A DNA stretch of 64,000 nt. It comes from Eledone cirrhosa. Lineage: Eukaryota. The notes beneath the pieces are model-generated. The model was not told the origin of the DNA, ran no database searches, and saw nothing but the letters and a program-made list of their open reading frames with translations. Both the position numbers and the translations under genes were made by a program. The stretch is from NCBI GenBank assembly GCA_964016885.1, contig OZ024740.1, positions 432,512,001 through 432,576,000 of the forward strand. The letters are read 5' to 3'. Of this stretch, positions 31,901 through 43,971 are shown in pieces (the first letter of the stretch is position 1; each line of letters starts with the position of its first letter).

Positions 31901-34900
31901 TTGGATGGTCCCAGTTTGACATTGGTACATCAATTGGTGTCTTAGGATGGTCCCAGTGTGACATTGGTAGATCAATTGGTGTCTTAGGATGGTCCCAGTT
32001 TGACATTGGTACATCAATTGGGGTCTTAGGATGGTCCCAGTTTGACATCGGTACATCAATTGGGGTCTTAGGATGGTCCCAGTTTGACATTGGTACATCA
32101 ATTGGTGTCTTAGGATGGTCCCAGTTTGACATTGGTACATCAATTGGTGTCTTAGGATGGTCCCAGTTTGACATTGGTACATCAATTGGTGTCTTAGGAT
32201 GGTCCCAGTATGACATTGGTAGATCAATTGGTGTCTTAGGATGGTCCCAGTTTGACATTGGTACATCAATTGGTGTCTTAGGATGGTCCCAGTTTGACAT
32301 TGGTACATCAATTGGTGTCTTAGGATGGTCCCAGTTTGACATTGGTACATCAATTGGTGTCTTAGGATGGTCCCAGTTTGACATTGGTACATCAATTGGT
32401 GTCTTAGGATGGTCCCAGTGTGACATTGGTACATCAATTGGTGTCTTAGGATGGTCCCAGTGTGACATTAGTACATCAATTGGTGTCTTAGGATGGTCCC
32501 AGTGTGACATTGGTAGATCAATTGGTGTCTTAGGATGGTCCCAGTGTGACATTGGTAGATCAATTGGTGTCTTAGGATGGTCCCAGTGTGACATTGGTAG
32601 ATCAATTGGTGTCTTAGGATGGTCCCAGTGTGACATTGGTACATCAATTGGTGTCTTAGGATGGACCCAGTGTGACATTGCTAGATCAATTGGTGTCTTA
32701 GGATGGTCCCAGTTTGACATTGGTAGATCAATTGGTGTCTTAGGATGGTCCCAGTGTGACATTAGTACATCAATTGGTGTCTTAGGATGGTCCCAGTTTG
32801 ACATTGGCAGATCAATTGGTGTCTTAGGATGGTCCCAGTTTGACATTAGTACATCAATTGGTGTCTTAGGATGGTCCCAGTGTGACATTGGTACATCAAT
32901 TGGTGTCTTAGGATGGTCCTAGTTTGACATTGGTACATCAATTGGTGTCTTAGGATGGTTCCAGTTTGACATTAGTACATCAATTGGTGTCTTAGGATGG
33001 TCCCAGTTTGACATTAGTACATCAATTGGTGTCTTAGGATGGTCCCAGTTTGACATTGGTACATCAATTGGTGTCTTAGGATGGTCCAAGTGTGACATTG
33101 GTACATCAATTGGTGTCTTAGGATGGTCCCTGTGTGACATTGGTACATCAATTGGTGTCTTAGGATGGTCCCAGTTTGACATTGGTACATCAATTGGTGT
33201 CTTAGGATGGTCCCAGTATGACATTGGTAGATCAATTGGTGTCTTAGGATGGTCCCAGTGTGACATTGGTACATCAATTGGTGTCTTAGGATGGTCCCAG
33301 TATGACATTGGTAGATCAATTGGTGTCTTAGGATGGTCCCAGTGTGACATTGGTACATCAATTGGTGTCTTAGGATGCTCCCAGTGTGACATTAGTACAT
33401 CAATTGGTGTCTTAGGATGGTCCGATGGTCCCAGTGTGACATTAGTACATCAATTGGTGTCTTAGGATGGTCCCAGTATGACATTGGTAGATCAATTGGT
33501 GTCTTAGGATGGTCCCAGTGTGACATTAGTACATCAATCGGTGTCTTAGGATGGTCCCAGTGTGACATTAGTACATCAATTGCTGTCTTAGGATGGTCCC
33601 AGTATGACATTGGTACATCAATTGGTGTCTTAGGATGGTTCCAGTGTGACATTGGTACATCAATTGGTGTCTTAGGATGGTCCCAGTTTGACATTGGTAC
33701 ATCAATTGGTGTCTTAGGATGGTCCCAGTGTGACATTGGTACATCAATTGGTGTCTTAGGATGGTCCCAGTGTGACATTGGTAATCAATTGGTGTCTTAG
33801 GATGGTCCCAGTATGACATTGGTACATCAATTGGTGTCTTAGGATGGTCCCAATATGACATTGGTAGATGAATTGGTGTCTTAGGATGGTCCCAGTGTGA
33901 CATTGGTACATCAATTGGTGTCTTAGGATGGTCCCAGTGTGACATTGGTACATCAATTGGTGTCTTAGGATGGTCCCAGTGTGACAGTAGTACATCAATT
34001 GGTGTCTTAGGATGGTCCCAGTGTGACATTAGTACATCAATTGGTGTCTTAGGATGGTCCCAGTGTGACAGTACATCAATTGGTGTCATAGGATGGTCCC
34101 AGTGTGACATTAGTACATCAATTGGTGTCTTAGGATGGTCCCAGTATGACATTGGTAGATCAATTGGTGTCTTAGGATGGTCCCAGTTTGACATTGGTAC
34201 ATCAATTGGTGTCTTAGGATGGTCCCAGTATGACATTGGTAGATCAATTGGTGTCTTAGGATGGTCCCAGTGTGACATTGGTACATCAATTGGTGTCTTA
34301 GGATGCTCCCAGTGTGACATTAGTACATCAATTGGTGTCTTAGGATGGTCCCAGTGTGACATTAGTACATCAATTGGTGTCTTAGGATGGTCCCAGTATG
34401 ACATTGGTACATCAATTGGTGTCTTAGGATGGTCCCAGTTTGACATTGGTACATCAATTGGTGTCTTAGGATGGTCCCAGTGTGACATTGGTACATCAAT
34501 TGGTGTCTTAGGATGGTCCCAGTGTGACATTGGTAATCAATTGGTGTCTTAGGATGGTCCCAGTATGACATTGGTACATCAATTGGTGTCTTAGGATGGT
34601 CCCAGTATGACATTGGTAGATGAATTGGTGTCTTAGGATGGTCCCAGTGTGACATTGGTACATCAATTGGTGTCTTAGGATGGTCCCAGTGTGACATTGG
34701 TAGATCAATTGGTGTCTTAGGATGGTCCCAGTGTGACATTGGTACATCAATTGGTGTCTTAGGATGGACCCAGTGTGACATTGCTAGATCAATTGGTGTC
34801 TTAGGATGGTCCCAGTTTGACATTGGTAGATCAATTGGTGTCTTAGGATGGTCCCAGTGTGACATTAGTACATCAATTGGTGTCTTAGGATGGTCCCAGT

Positions 34901-37900
34901 TTGACATTGGCAGATCAATTGGTGTCTTAGGATGGTCCCAGTTTGACATTAGTACATCAATTGGTGTCTTAGGATGGTCCCAGTGTGACATTGGTACATC
35001 AATTGGTGTCTTAGGATGGTCCTAGTTTGACATTGGTACATCAATTGGTGTCTTAGGATGGTTCCAGTTTGACATTAGTACATCAATTGGTGTCTTAGGA
35101 TGGTCCCAGTTTGACATTAGTACATCAATTGGTGTCTTAGGATGGTCCCAGTTTGACATTGGTACATTAATTGGTGTCTTAGGATGGTCCCTGTGTGACA
35201 TTGGTACATCAATTGGTGTCTTAGGATGGTCCCAGTTTGACATTGGTACATCAATTGGTGTCTTAGGATGGTCCCAGTATGACATTGGTAGATCAATTGG
35301 TGTCTTAGGATGGTCCCAGTGTGACATTGGTACATCAATTGGTGTCTTAGGATGGTCCCAGTATGACATTGGTAGATCAATTGGTGTCTTAGGATGGTCC
35401 CAGTGTGACATTGGTACATCAATTGGTGTCTTAGGATGCTCCCAGTGTGACATTAGTACATCAATTGGTGTCTTAGGATGGTCCCAGTATGACATTGGTA
35501 GATCAATTGGTGTCTTAGGATGGTCCCAGTGTGACATTAGTACATCAATCGGTGTCTTAGGATGGTCCCAGTATGACATTGGTAGATCAATTGGTGTCTT
35601 AGGATGGTCCCAGTATGACATTGGTAGATCAATTGGTGTCTTAGGATGGTCCCAGTGTGACATTAGTACATCAATTGGTGTCTTAGGATGGTCCCAGTAT
35701 GACATTGGTAGATCAATTGGTGTCTTAGGATGGTCCCAGTGTGACATTGGTACATCAATTGGTGTCTTAGGATGGTCCCAGTATGACATTGGTAGATCAA
35801 TTGGTGTCTTAGGATGGTCCCAGTGTGACATTGGTACATCAATTGGTGTCTTAGGATGCTCCCAGTGTGACATTAGTACATCAATTGGTGTCTTAGGATG
35901 GTCCGATGGTCCCAGTGTGACATTAGTACATCAATTGGTGTCTTAGGATGGTCCCAGTATGACATTGGTAGATCAATTGGTGTCTTAGGATGGTCCCAGT
36001 GTGACATTAGTACATCAATCGGTGTCTTAGGATGGTCCCAGTGTGACATTAGTACATCAATTGCTGTCTTAGGATGGTCCCAGTATGACATTGGTACATC
36101 AATTGGTGTCTTAGGATGGTTCCAGTGTGACATTGGTACATCAATTGGTGTCTTAGGATGGTCCCAGTTTGACATTGGTACATCAATTGGTGTCTTAGGA
36201 TGGTCCCAGTGTGACATTGGTACATCAATTGGTGTCTTAGGATGGTCCCAGTGTGACATTGGTAATCAATTGGTGTCTTAGGATGGTCCCAGTATGACAT
36301 TGGTACATCAATTGGTGTCTTAGGATGGTCCCAATATGACATTGGTAGATGAATTGGTGTCTTAGGATGGTCCCAGTGTGACATTGGTACATCAATTGGT
36401 GTCTTAGGATGGTCCCAGTGTGACATTGGTACATCAATTGGTGTCTTAGGATGGTCCCAGTGTGACAGTAGTACATCAATTGGTGTCTTAGGATGGTCCC
36501 AGTGTGACATTAGTACATCAATTGGTGTCTTAGGATGGTCCCAGTGTGACAGTACATCAATTGGTGTCTTAGGATGGTCCCAGTGTGACATTAGTACATC
36601 AATTGGTGTCTTAGGATGGTCCCAGTATGACATTGGTAGATCAATTGGTGTCTTAGGATGGTCCCAGTGTGACATTGGTACATCAATTGGTGTCTTAGGA
36701 TGGTCCCAGTATGACATTGGTAGATCAATTGGTGTCTTAGGATGGTCCCAGTGTGACATTGGTACATCAATTGGTGTCTTAGGATGCTCCCAGTGTGACA
36801 TTAGTACATCAATTGGTGTCTTAGGATGGTCCCAGTGTGACATTAGTACATCAATTGGTGTCTTAGGATGGTCCCAGTATGACATTGGTAGATCAATTGG
36901 TGTCTTAGGATGGTCCCAGTGTGACATTAGTACATCAATCGGTGTCTTAGGATGGTCCCAGTGTGACATTAGTACATCAATTGGTGTCTTAGGATGGTCC
37001 CAGTATGACATTGGTACATCAATTGGTGTCTTAGGATGGTCCCAGTTTGACATTGGTACATCAATTGGTGTCTTAGGATGGTCCCAGTGTGACATTGGTA
37101 CATCAATTGGTGTCTTAGGATGGTCCCAGTGTGACATTGGTAATCAATTGGTGTCTTAGGATGGTCCCAGTATGACATTGGTACATCAATTGGTGTCTTA
37201 GGATGGTCCCAGTATGACATTGGTAGATGAATTGGTGTCTTAGGATGGTCCCAGTGTGACATTGGTACATCAATTGGTGTCTTAGGATGGTCCCAGTGTG
37301 ACATTGGTAGATCAATTGGTGTCTTAGGATGGTCCCAGTGTGACATTGGTACATCAATTGGTGTCTTAGGATGGACCCAGTGTGACATTGCTAGATCAAT
37401 TGGTGTCTTAGGATGGTCCCAGTTTGACATTGGTAGATCAATTGGTGTCTTAGGATGGTCCCAGTGTGACATTAGTACATCAATTGGTGTCTTAGGATGG
37501 TCCCAGTTTGACATTGGCAGATCAATTGGTGTCTTAGGATGGTCCCAGTTTGACATTAGTACATCAATTGGTGTCTTAGGATGGTCCCAGTGTGACATTG
37601 GTACATCAATTGGTGTCTTAGGATGGTCCTAGTTTGACATTGGTACATCAATTGGTGTCTTAGGATGGTTCCAGTTTGACATTAGTACATCAATTGGTGT
37701 CTTAGGATGGTCCCAGTTTGACATTAGTACATCAATTGGTGTCTTAGGATGGTCCCAGTTTGACATTGGTACATTAATTGGTGTCTTAGGATGGTCCCTG
37801 TGTGACATTGGTACATCAATTGGTGTCTTAGGATGGTCCCAGTTTGACATTGGTACATCAATTGGTGTCTTAGGATGGTCCCAGTATGACATTGGTAGAT

Positions 37901-40900
37901 CAATTGGTGTCTTAGGATGGTCCCAGTGTGACATTGGTACATCAATTGGTGTCTTAGGATGGTCCCAGTATGACATTGGTAGATCAATTGGTGTCTTAGG
38001 ATGGTCCCAGTGTGACATTGGTACATCAATTGGTGTCTTAGGATGCTCCCAGTGTGACATTAGTACATCAATTGGTGTCTTAGGATGGTCCCAGTGTGAC
38101 ATTAGTACATCAATTGGTGTCTTAGGATGGTCCCAGTATGACATTGGTAGATCAATTGGTGTCTTAGGATGGTCCCAGTGTGACATTAGTACATCAATCG
38201 GTGTCTTAGGATGGTCCCAGTGTGACATTAGTACATCAATTGCTGTCTTAGGATGGTCCCAGTATGACATTGGTACATCAATTGGTGTCTTAGGATGGTT
38301 CCAGTGTGACATTGGTACATCAATTGGTGTCTTAGGATGGTCCCAGTTTGACATTGGTACATCAATTGGTGTCTTAGGATGGTCCCAGTGTGACATTGGT
38401 ACATCAATTGGTGTCTTAGGATGGTCCCAGTGTGACATTGGTAATCAATTGGTGTCTTAGGATGGTCCCAGTATGACATTGGTACATCAATTGGTGTCTT
38501 AGGATGGTCCCAGTATGACATTGGTAGATGAATTGGTGTCTTAGGATGGTCCCAGTGTGACATTGGTACATCAATTGGTGTCTTAGGATGGTCCCAGTGT
38601 GACATTGGTACATCAATTGGTGTCTTAGGATGGTCCCAGTGTGACAGTAGTACATCAATTGGTGTCTTAGGATGGTCCCAGTGTGACATTAGTACATCAA
38701 TTGGTGTCTTAGGATGGTCCCAGTGTGACAGTACATCAATTGGTGTCTTAGGATGGTCCCAGTGTGACATTAGTACATCAATTGGTGTCTTAGGATGGTC
38801 CCAGTATGACATTGGTAGATCAATTGGTGTCTTAGGATGGTCCCAGTGTGACATTGGTACATCAATTGGTGTCTTAGGATGGTCCCAGTATGACATTGGT
38901 AGATCAATTGGTGTCTTAGGATGGTCCCAGTGTGACATTGGTACATCAATTGGTGTCTTAGGATGCTCCCAGTGTGACATTAGTACATCAATTGGTGTCT
39001 TAGGATGGTCCCAGTGTGACATTAGTACATCAATTGGTGTCTTAGGATGGTCCCAGTATGACATTGGTAGATCAATTGGTGTCTTAGGATGGTCCCAGTG
39101 TGACATTAGTACATCAATCGGTGTCTTAGGATGGTCCCAGTGTGACATTAGTACATCAATTGGTGTCTTAGGATGGTCCCAGTATGACATTGGTACATCA
39201 ATTGGTGTCTTAGGATGGTTCCAGTGTGACATTGGTACATCAATTGGTGTCTTAGGATGGTCCCAGTTTGACATTGGTACATCAATTGGTGTCTTAGGAT
39301 GGTCCCAGTGTGACATTGGTACATCAATTGGTGTCTTAGGATGGTCCCAGTGTGACATTGGTAATCAATTGGTGTCTTAGGATGGTCCCAGTATGACATT
39401 GGTACATCAATTGGTGTCTTAGGATGGTCCCAGTATGACATTGGTAGATGAATTGGTGTCTTAGGATGGTCCCAGTGTGACATTGGTACATCAATTGGTG
39501 TCTTAGGATGGTCCCAGTGTGACATTGGTACATCAATTGGTGTCTTAGGATGGTCCCAGTGTGACAGTAGTACATCAATTGGTGTCTTAGGATGGTCCCA
39601 GTGTGACATTAGTACATCAATTGGTGTCTTAGGATGGTCCCAGTGTGACATTAGTACATCAATTGGTGTCTTAGGATGGTCCCAGTGTGACATTAGTACA
39701 TCAATTGGTGTCTTAGGATGGTCCCAGTGTGACATTGGTAGATCAATTGGTGTCTTAGGATGGTCCCAGTGTGACATTAGTACATCAATTGGTGTCTTAG
39801 GATGGTCCCAGCGTGACATTAGTACATCAATTGGTGTCTTAGGATGGTCCCAGTATGACATTGGTACATCAATTGGTGTCTTAGGATGGTCCCAGTGTGA
39901 CATTGGTACATCAATTGGTGTCTTAGGATGGTCCCAGTATGACATTGGTAGATGAATTGGTGTCTTAGGATGGTCCCAGTGTGACATTGGTACATCAATT
40001 GGTGTCTGAGGATGGTCCCAGTTTGACATTGGTACATCAATTGGTGTCTTAGGATGGTCCCAGTGTGACATTGGTAGATCAATTGGTGTCTTAGGATGGT
40101 CCCAGTTTGACATTGGTACATCAATTGGTGTCTTAGGATGGTCCCAGTATGACATTGGTAGATGAATTGGTGTCTTAGGATGGTCCCAGTGTGACATTGG
40201 TAGATCAATTGGTGTCTTAAGATGGTCCCAGTGTGACATTGGTACATCAATTGGTGTCTTAGGATGGTCCCAGTGTGACATTAGTACATCAATTGGTGTC
40301 TTAGGATGGTCCCAGTTTGACATTGGCAGATCAATTGGTGTCTTAGGATGGTCCCAGTGTGACATTAGTACATCAATTGGTGTCTTAGGATGGTCCCAGT
40401 GTGACATTGGTAGATCAATTGGTGTCTTAGGATGGTCCCAGTGTGACATTAGTACATCAATTGGTGTCTTAGGATGGTCCCAGCGTGATATTAGTACATC
40501 AATTGGTGTCTTAGGATGGTCCCAGTATGACATTGGTACATCAATTGGTGTCTTAGGATGGTCCCAGTGTGACATTGGTACATCAATTGGTGTCTTAGGA
40601 TGGTCCCAGTATGACATTGGTAGATCAATTGGTCTTAGGATGGTACCAGTTTGACATTGGTACATCAATTGGTGTCTTTGGATGGTCCCAGTTTGACATT
40701 GGTACATCAATTGGTGTCTTAGGATGGTCCCAGTGTGACATTGGTAGATCAATTGGTGTCTTAGGATGGTCCCAGTTTGACATTGGTACATCAATTAGTG
40801 TCTTAGGATGGTCCCAGTTTGACATTGGTACATCAATTGGTGTCTTAGGATGGTCCCAGTTTGACATTGGTACATCAATTGGTGTCTTAGGATGGTCCCA

Positions 40901-42766
40901 GTTTGACATTGGTACATCAATTGGTGTCTTAGGATGGTCCCAGTTTGACATTGGTACATCAATTGGTGTCTTAGGATGGTCCCAGTATGACATTGGTAGA
41001 TCAATTGGTGTCTTAGGATGGTCCCAGTTTGACATTGGTACATCAATTGGTGTCTTAGGATGGTCCCAGTTTGACATTGGTACATCAATTGGTGTCTTAG
41101 GATGGTCCCAGTGTGACATTGGTAGATCAATTGGTGTCTTAGGATGGTCCCAGTTTGACATTGGTACATCAATTGGTGTCTTAGGATGGTCCCAGTTTGA
41201 CATTGGTACATCAATTGGTGTCTTAGGATGGTCCCAGTTTGACATTGGTACATCAATTGGTGTCTTAGGATGGTCCCAGTTTGACATTGGTAGATCAATT
41301 GGTGTCTTAGGATGGTCCCAGTTTGACATTGGTACATCAATTGGTGTCTTAGGATGGTCCCAATGTGACATTAGTACATCAATTGGTGTCTTAGGATGGT
41401 CCCAGTGTGACATTGGTAGATCAATTGGTGTCTTAGGATGGTCCCAGTGTGACATTGGTACATCAATTGGTGTCTTAGGATGGTCCCAGTTTGACATTGG
41501 TACATCAATTGGTGTCTTAGGATGGTCCCAGTTTGACATTGGTACATCAATTGGTGTCTTAGGATGGTCCCAGTTTGACATTGGTACATCAATTGGTGTC
41601 TTAGGATGGTCCCAGTGTGACATTGGTACATCAATTGGTGTCTTAGGATGGTCCCAGTGTGACATTGGTACATCAATTGGTGTCTTAGGATGGTCCCAGT
41701 TTGACATTGGTACATCAATTGGTGTCTTAGGATGGTCCCAGTGTGACATTGGTACATCAATTGGTGTCTTAGGAAGGTCCCAGTGTGACATTGGTAGATC
41801 AATTGGTGTCTTAGGATGGTCCCAGTTTGACATTGGTACATCAATTGGTGTCTTAGGATGGTCCCAGTGTGACATTAGTACATCAATTGGTGTCTTAGGA
41901 TGGTCACAGTGTGACATTGGTACATCAATTGGTGTCTTAAGATGGTCCCAGTGTGACATTGGTACATCAATTGGTGTCTTAGGATGGTCCCAGTGTGGCA
42001 TTGGTAGATCAATTGGTGTCTTAGCATGGTCCCAGTTTGACATTGGTAGATCAATTGGTGTCTTAGGATGGTCCCAGTGTGACATTGGTACAGCAATTGG
42101 TGTCTTAGGATGGTCCCAGTGTGACATTGGTACATCAATTGGTGTCTTAGGATGGTCCCAGTGTGGCATTTGTAGATCAATTGGTGTCTTAGGATGGTCC
42201 CAGTATGACATTAGTAGATCAATTGGTGTCTTAGGATGGTCCCAGTGTGGCATTGGTACATCAATTGGTTTCTTAGGATGGTCCCAGTGTGACATTGGTA
42301 CATCAATTGGTGTCTTAGGATAGTCCCAGTGTGACATTTGTAGATCAATTGGTGTCTTAGGATGGTCCCAGTGTGACATTGGTAGATCAATTGGTGTCTT
42401 AGGATGGTCCCAGTGTGACATTGGTAGATCAATTGGTGTCTTAGGATGGTCCCAGTGTGACATTGGTACAGCAATTGGTGTCTTAGGATGGTCCCAGTGT
42501 GACATTGGTAGATCAATTGGTGTCTTAGGATGGTCCCAGTTTGATATTAGTACATCAATTGGTGTCTTAGGATGGTCCCAGTGTGACATTGGTACATCAA
42601 TTGGTGTCTTAGGATGGTCCCAGTATGACATTAGTAGATCAATTGGTGTCTTAGGATGGTCCCAGTGTGGCATTGGTAGATCAATTGGTGTCTTAGGATG
42701 GTCCCAGTGTGGCATTGGTACATCAATTGGTGCCTTAGGATGGTCCCAGTTTGAATTGGTACATCA
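28949..42766. repeat. 13.8-kb tandem array of a 42-bp unit (about 329 copies)
   Basis: Consensus atcaattggtgtcttaggatggtcccagt(g/t/a)tgacatt(g/a)gta(c/g). Confidence 0.98.
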
Positions 42767-43002
42767 TGTTGACAAATGGACAAAATTTAACTGCAAAATT
42801 GAAAAGCAAGATAAGAATGTCTGTAAAAAAGTAACCTCATGATGAGATTGAAGGAAAAATAAGTTTAAACCCACCAAATAGAAAGTTGATTTTGTGAAAC
42901 ACAGCTATATTACATTTTTTCCACTGTAAAAATATCTCCTTTTTATTATATTGGTAAGTGGAAGATACCTGTAAATGGAAAGAAACATACTTGGTTGTTT
43001 CT

Positions 43003-43135
43003 GTATAGCTCCATGTCTTTCCTAGAGCTCCATGTTCTCCCTTTTTATATAACTCCATGTTCTCCCTTTTTCTATAGCTCCATGTTCTCTCTTTTTATAT
43101 AGCTCCATGTTCTCTCTTTTTATATAGCTCCATGT
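43003..43135. repeat. Short minisatellite, ~20-26-bp unit tatagctccatgttctcycttttta
   Basis: About 6 imperfect copies. Confidence 0.85.
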
Positions 43136-43915
43136 CAGCCCTGATAAAGACTTTGTAGATGATTTCACTATCAAGAACTAAAATATTTGTGGTGTGATCT
43201 ATTTTTTCCTAAGGTGTAGGATAGGAAGATTTGGTTGCTATTCCTTACAGGTTGACTGACTGCATTCAGGATCATTCATCTGTTGAAAATATACTTAGTT
43301 TCCATTTACTAACAGGGGAGGATCTGAATACATATACGATATGTTTATATACAATAAACACGAAAGCCTTTCTATAAAAGAAAAAAAAATTATTCATGAA
43401 AAAATGATTTATCTCTTGTTCTGTGAACATGTCACAGATATCTCAGTAGCCATTGAGAATGCCAGACAGCTGTATCAAGATTCATTAAACTCTCATCAGT
43501 GACATTTATTCAACCAGAGCTGAGATGAAAATAGACTGGAGTCTATTTAGATTTTGTATAATGAACATTTGCTGGGAATGCTCATTTGCACATAATGCAA
43601 ACTTGGCACAACCATTTAGTTTCCATTTGGTGGAATATTGTGGTTAATAGTAATATTTTCAGAATATAAACACAAAAAGAAGCTCCTCCTTCCATCTTGC
43701 AATAAAGATATTGCAGTGGATTGTATAGTCCAGTTGTGAGATTAGTTTTATAATTAAAAGTCTTAGATTAAATCTGTAATGAAATATATTTTGTTATAGT
43801 ATCTACTTCTTATAATTAACTCTGACATCTTTCATTGAATCTTTGGAAAGATCCTGAATAATGGTTATATCCTACATATTCATTGATCAGAAGTCACGCA
43901 ATTGTGTGTGTGTGT

Positions 43916-43953
<38 letters not shown>

Positions 43954-43971
43954 TATAATATATATATATAT

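Noticed and set aside
31670-32437. C2H2 zinc-finger array suggested by LRHQ..YQCHTG
   Set aside because: 14-aa period, one Cys per unit, no C-x2-C or TGEKP linker, frequent TAA in this frame
28949-42766. CRISPR array
   Set aside because: Contiguous tandem units with no unique spacers, no cas genes, eukaryotic context
42764-42766. Selenocysteine TGA in frame LNFVHLST*CTNSNWDHPK
   Set aside because: No recognised selenoprotein motif or SECIS; the frame depends on a 1-nt deletion in the edge unit
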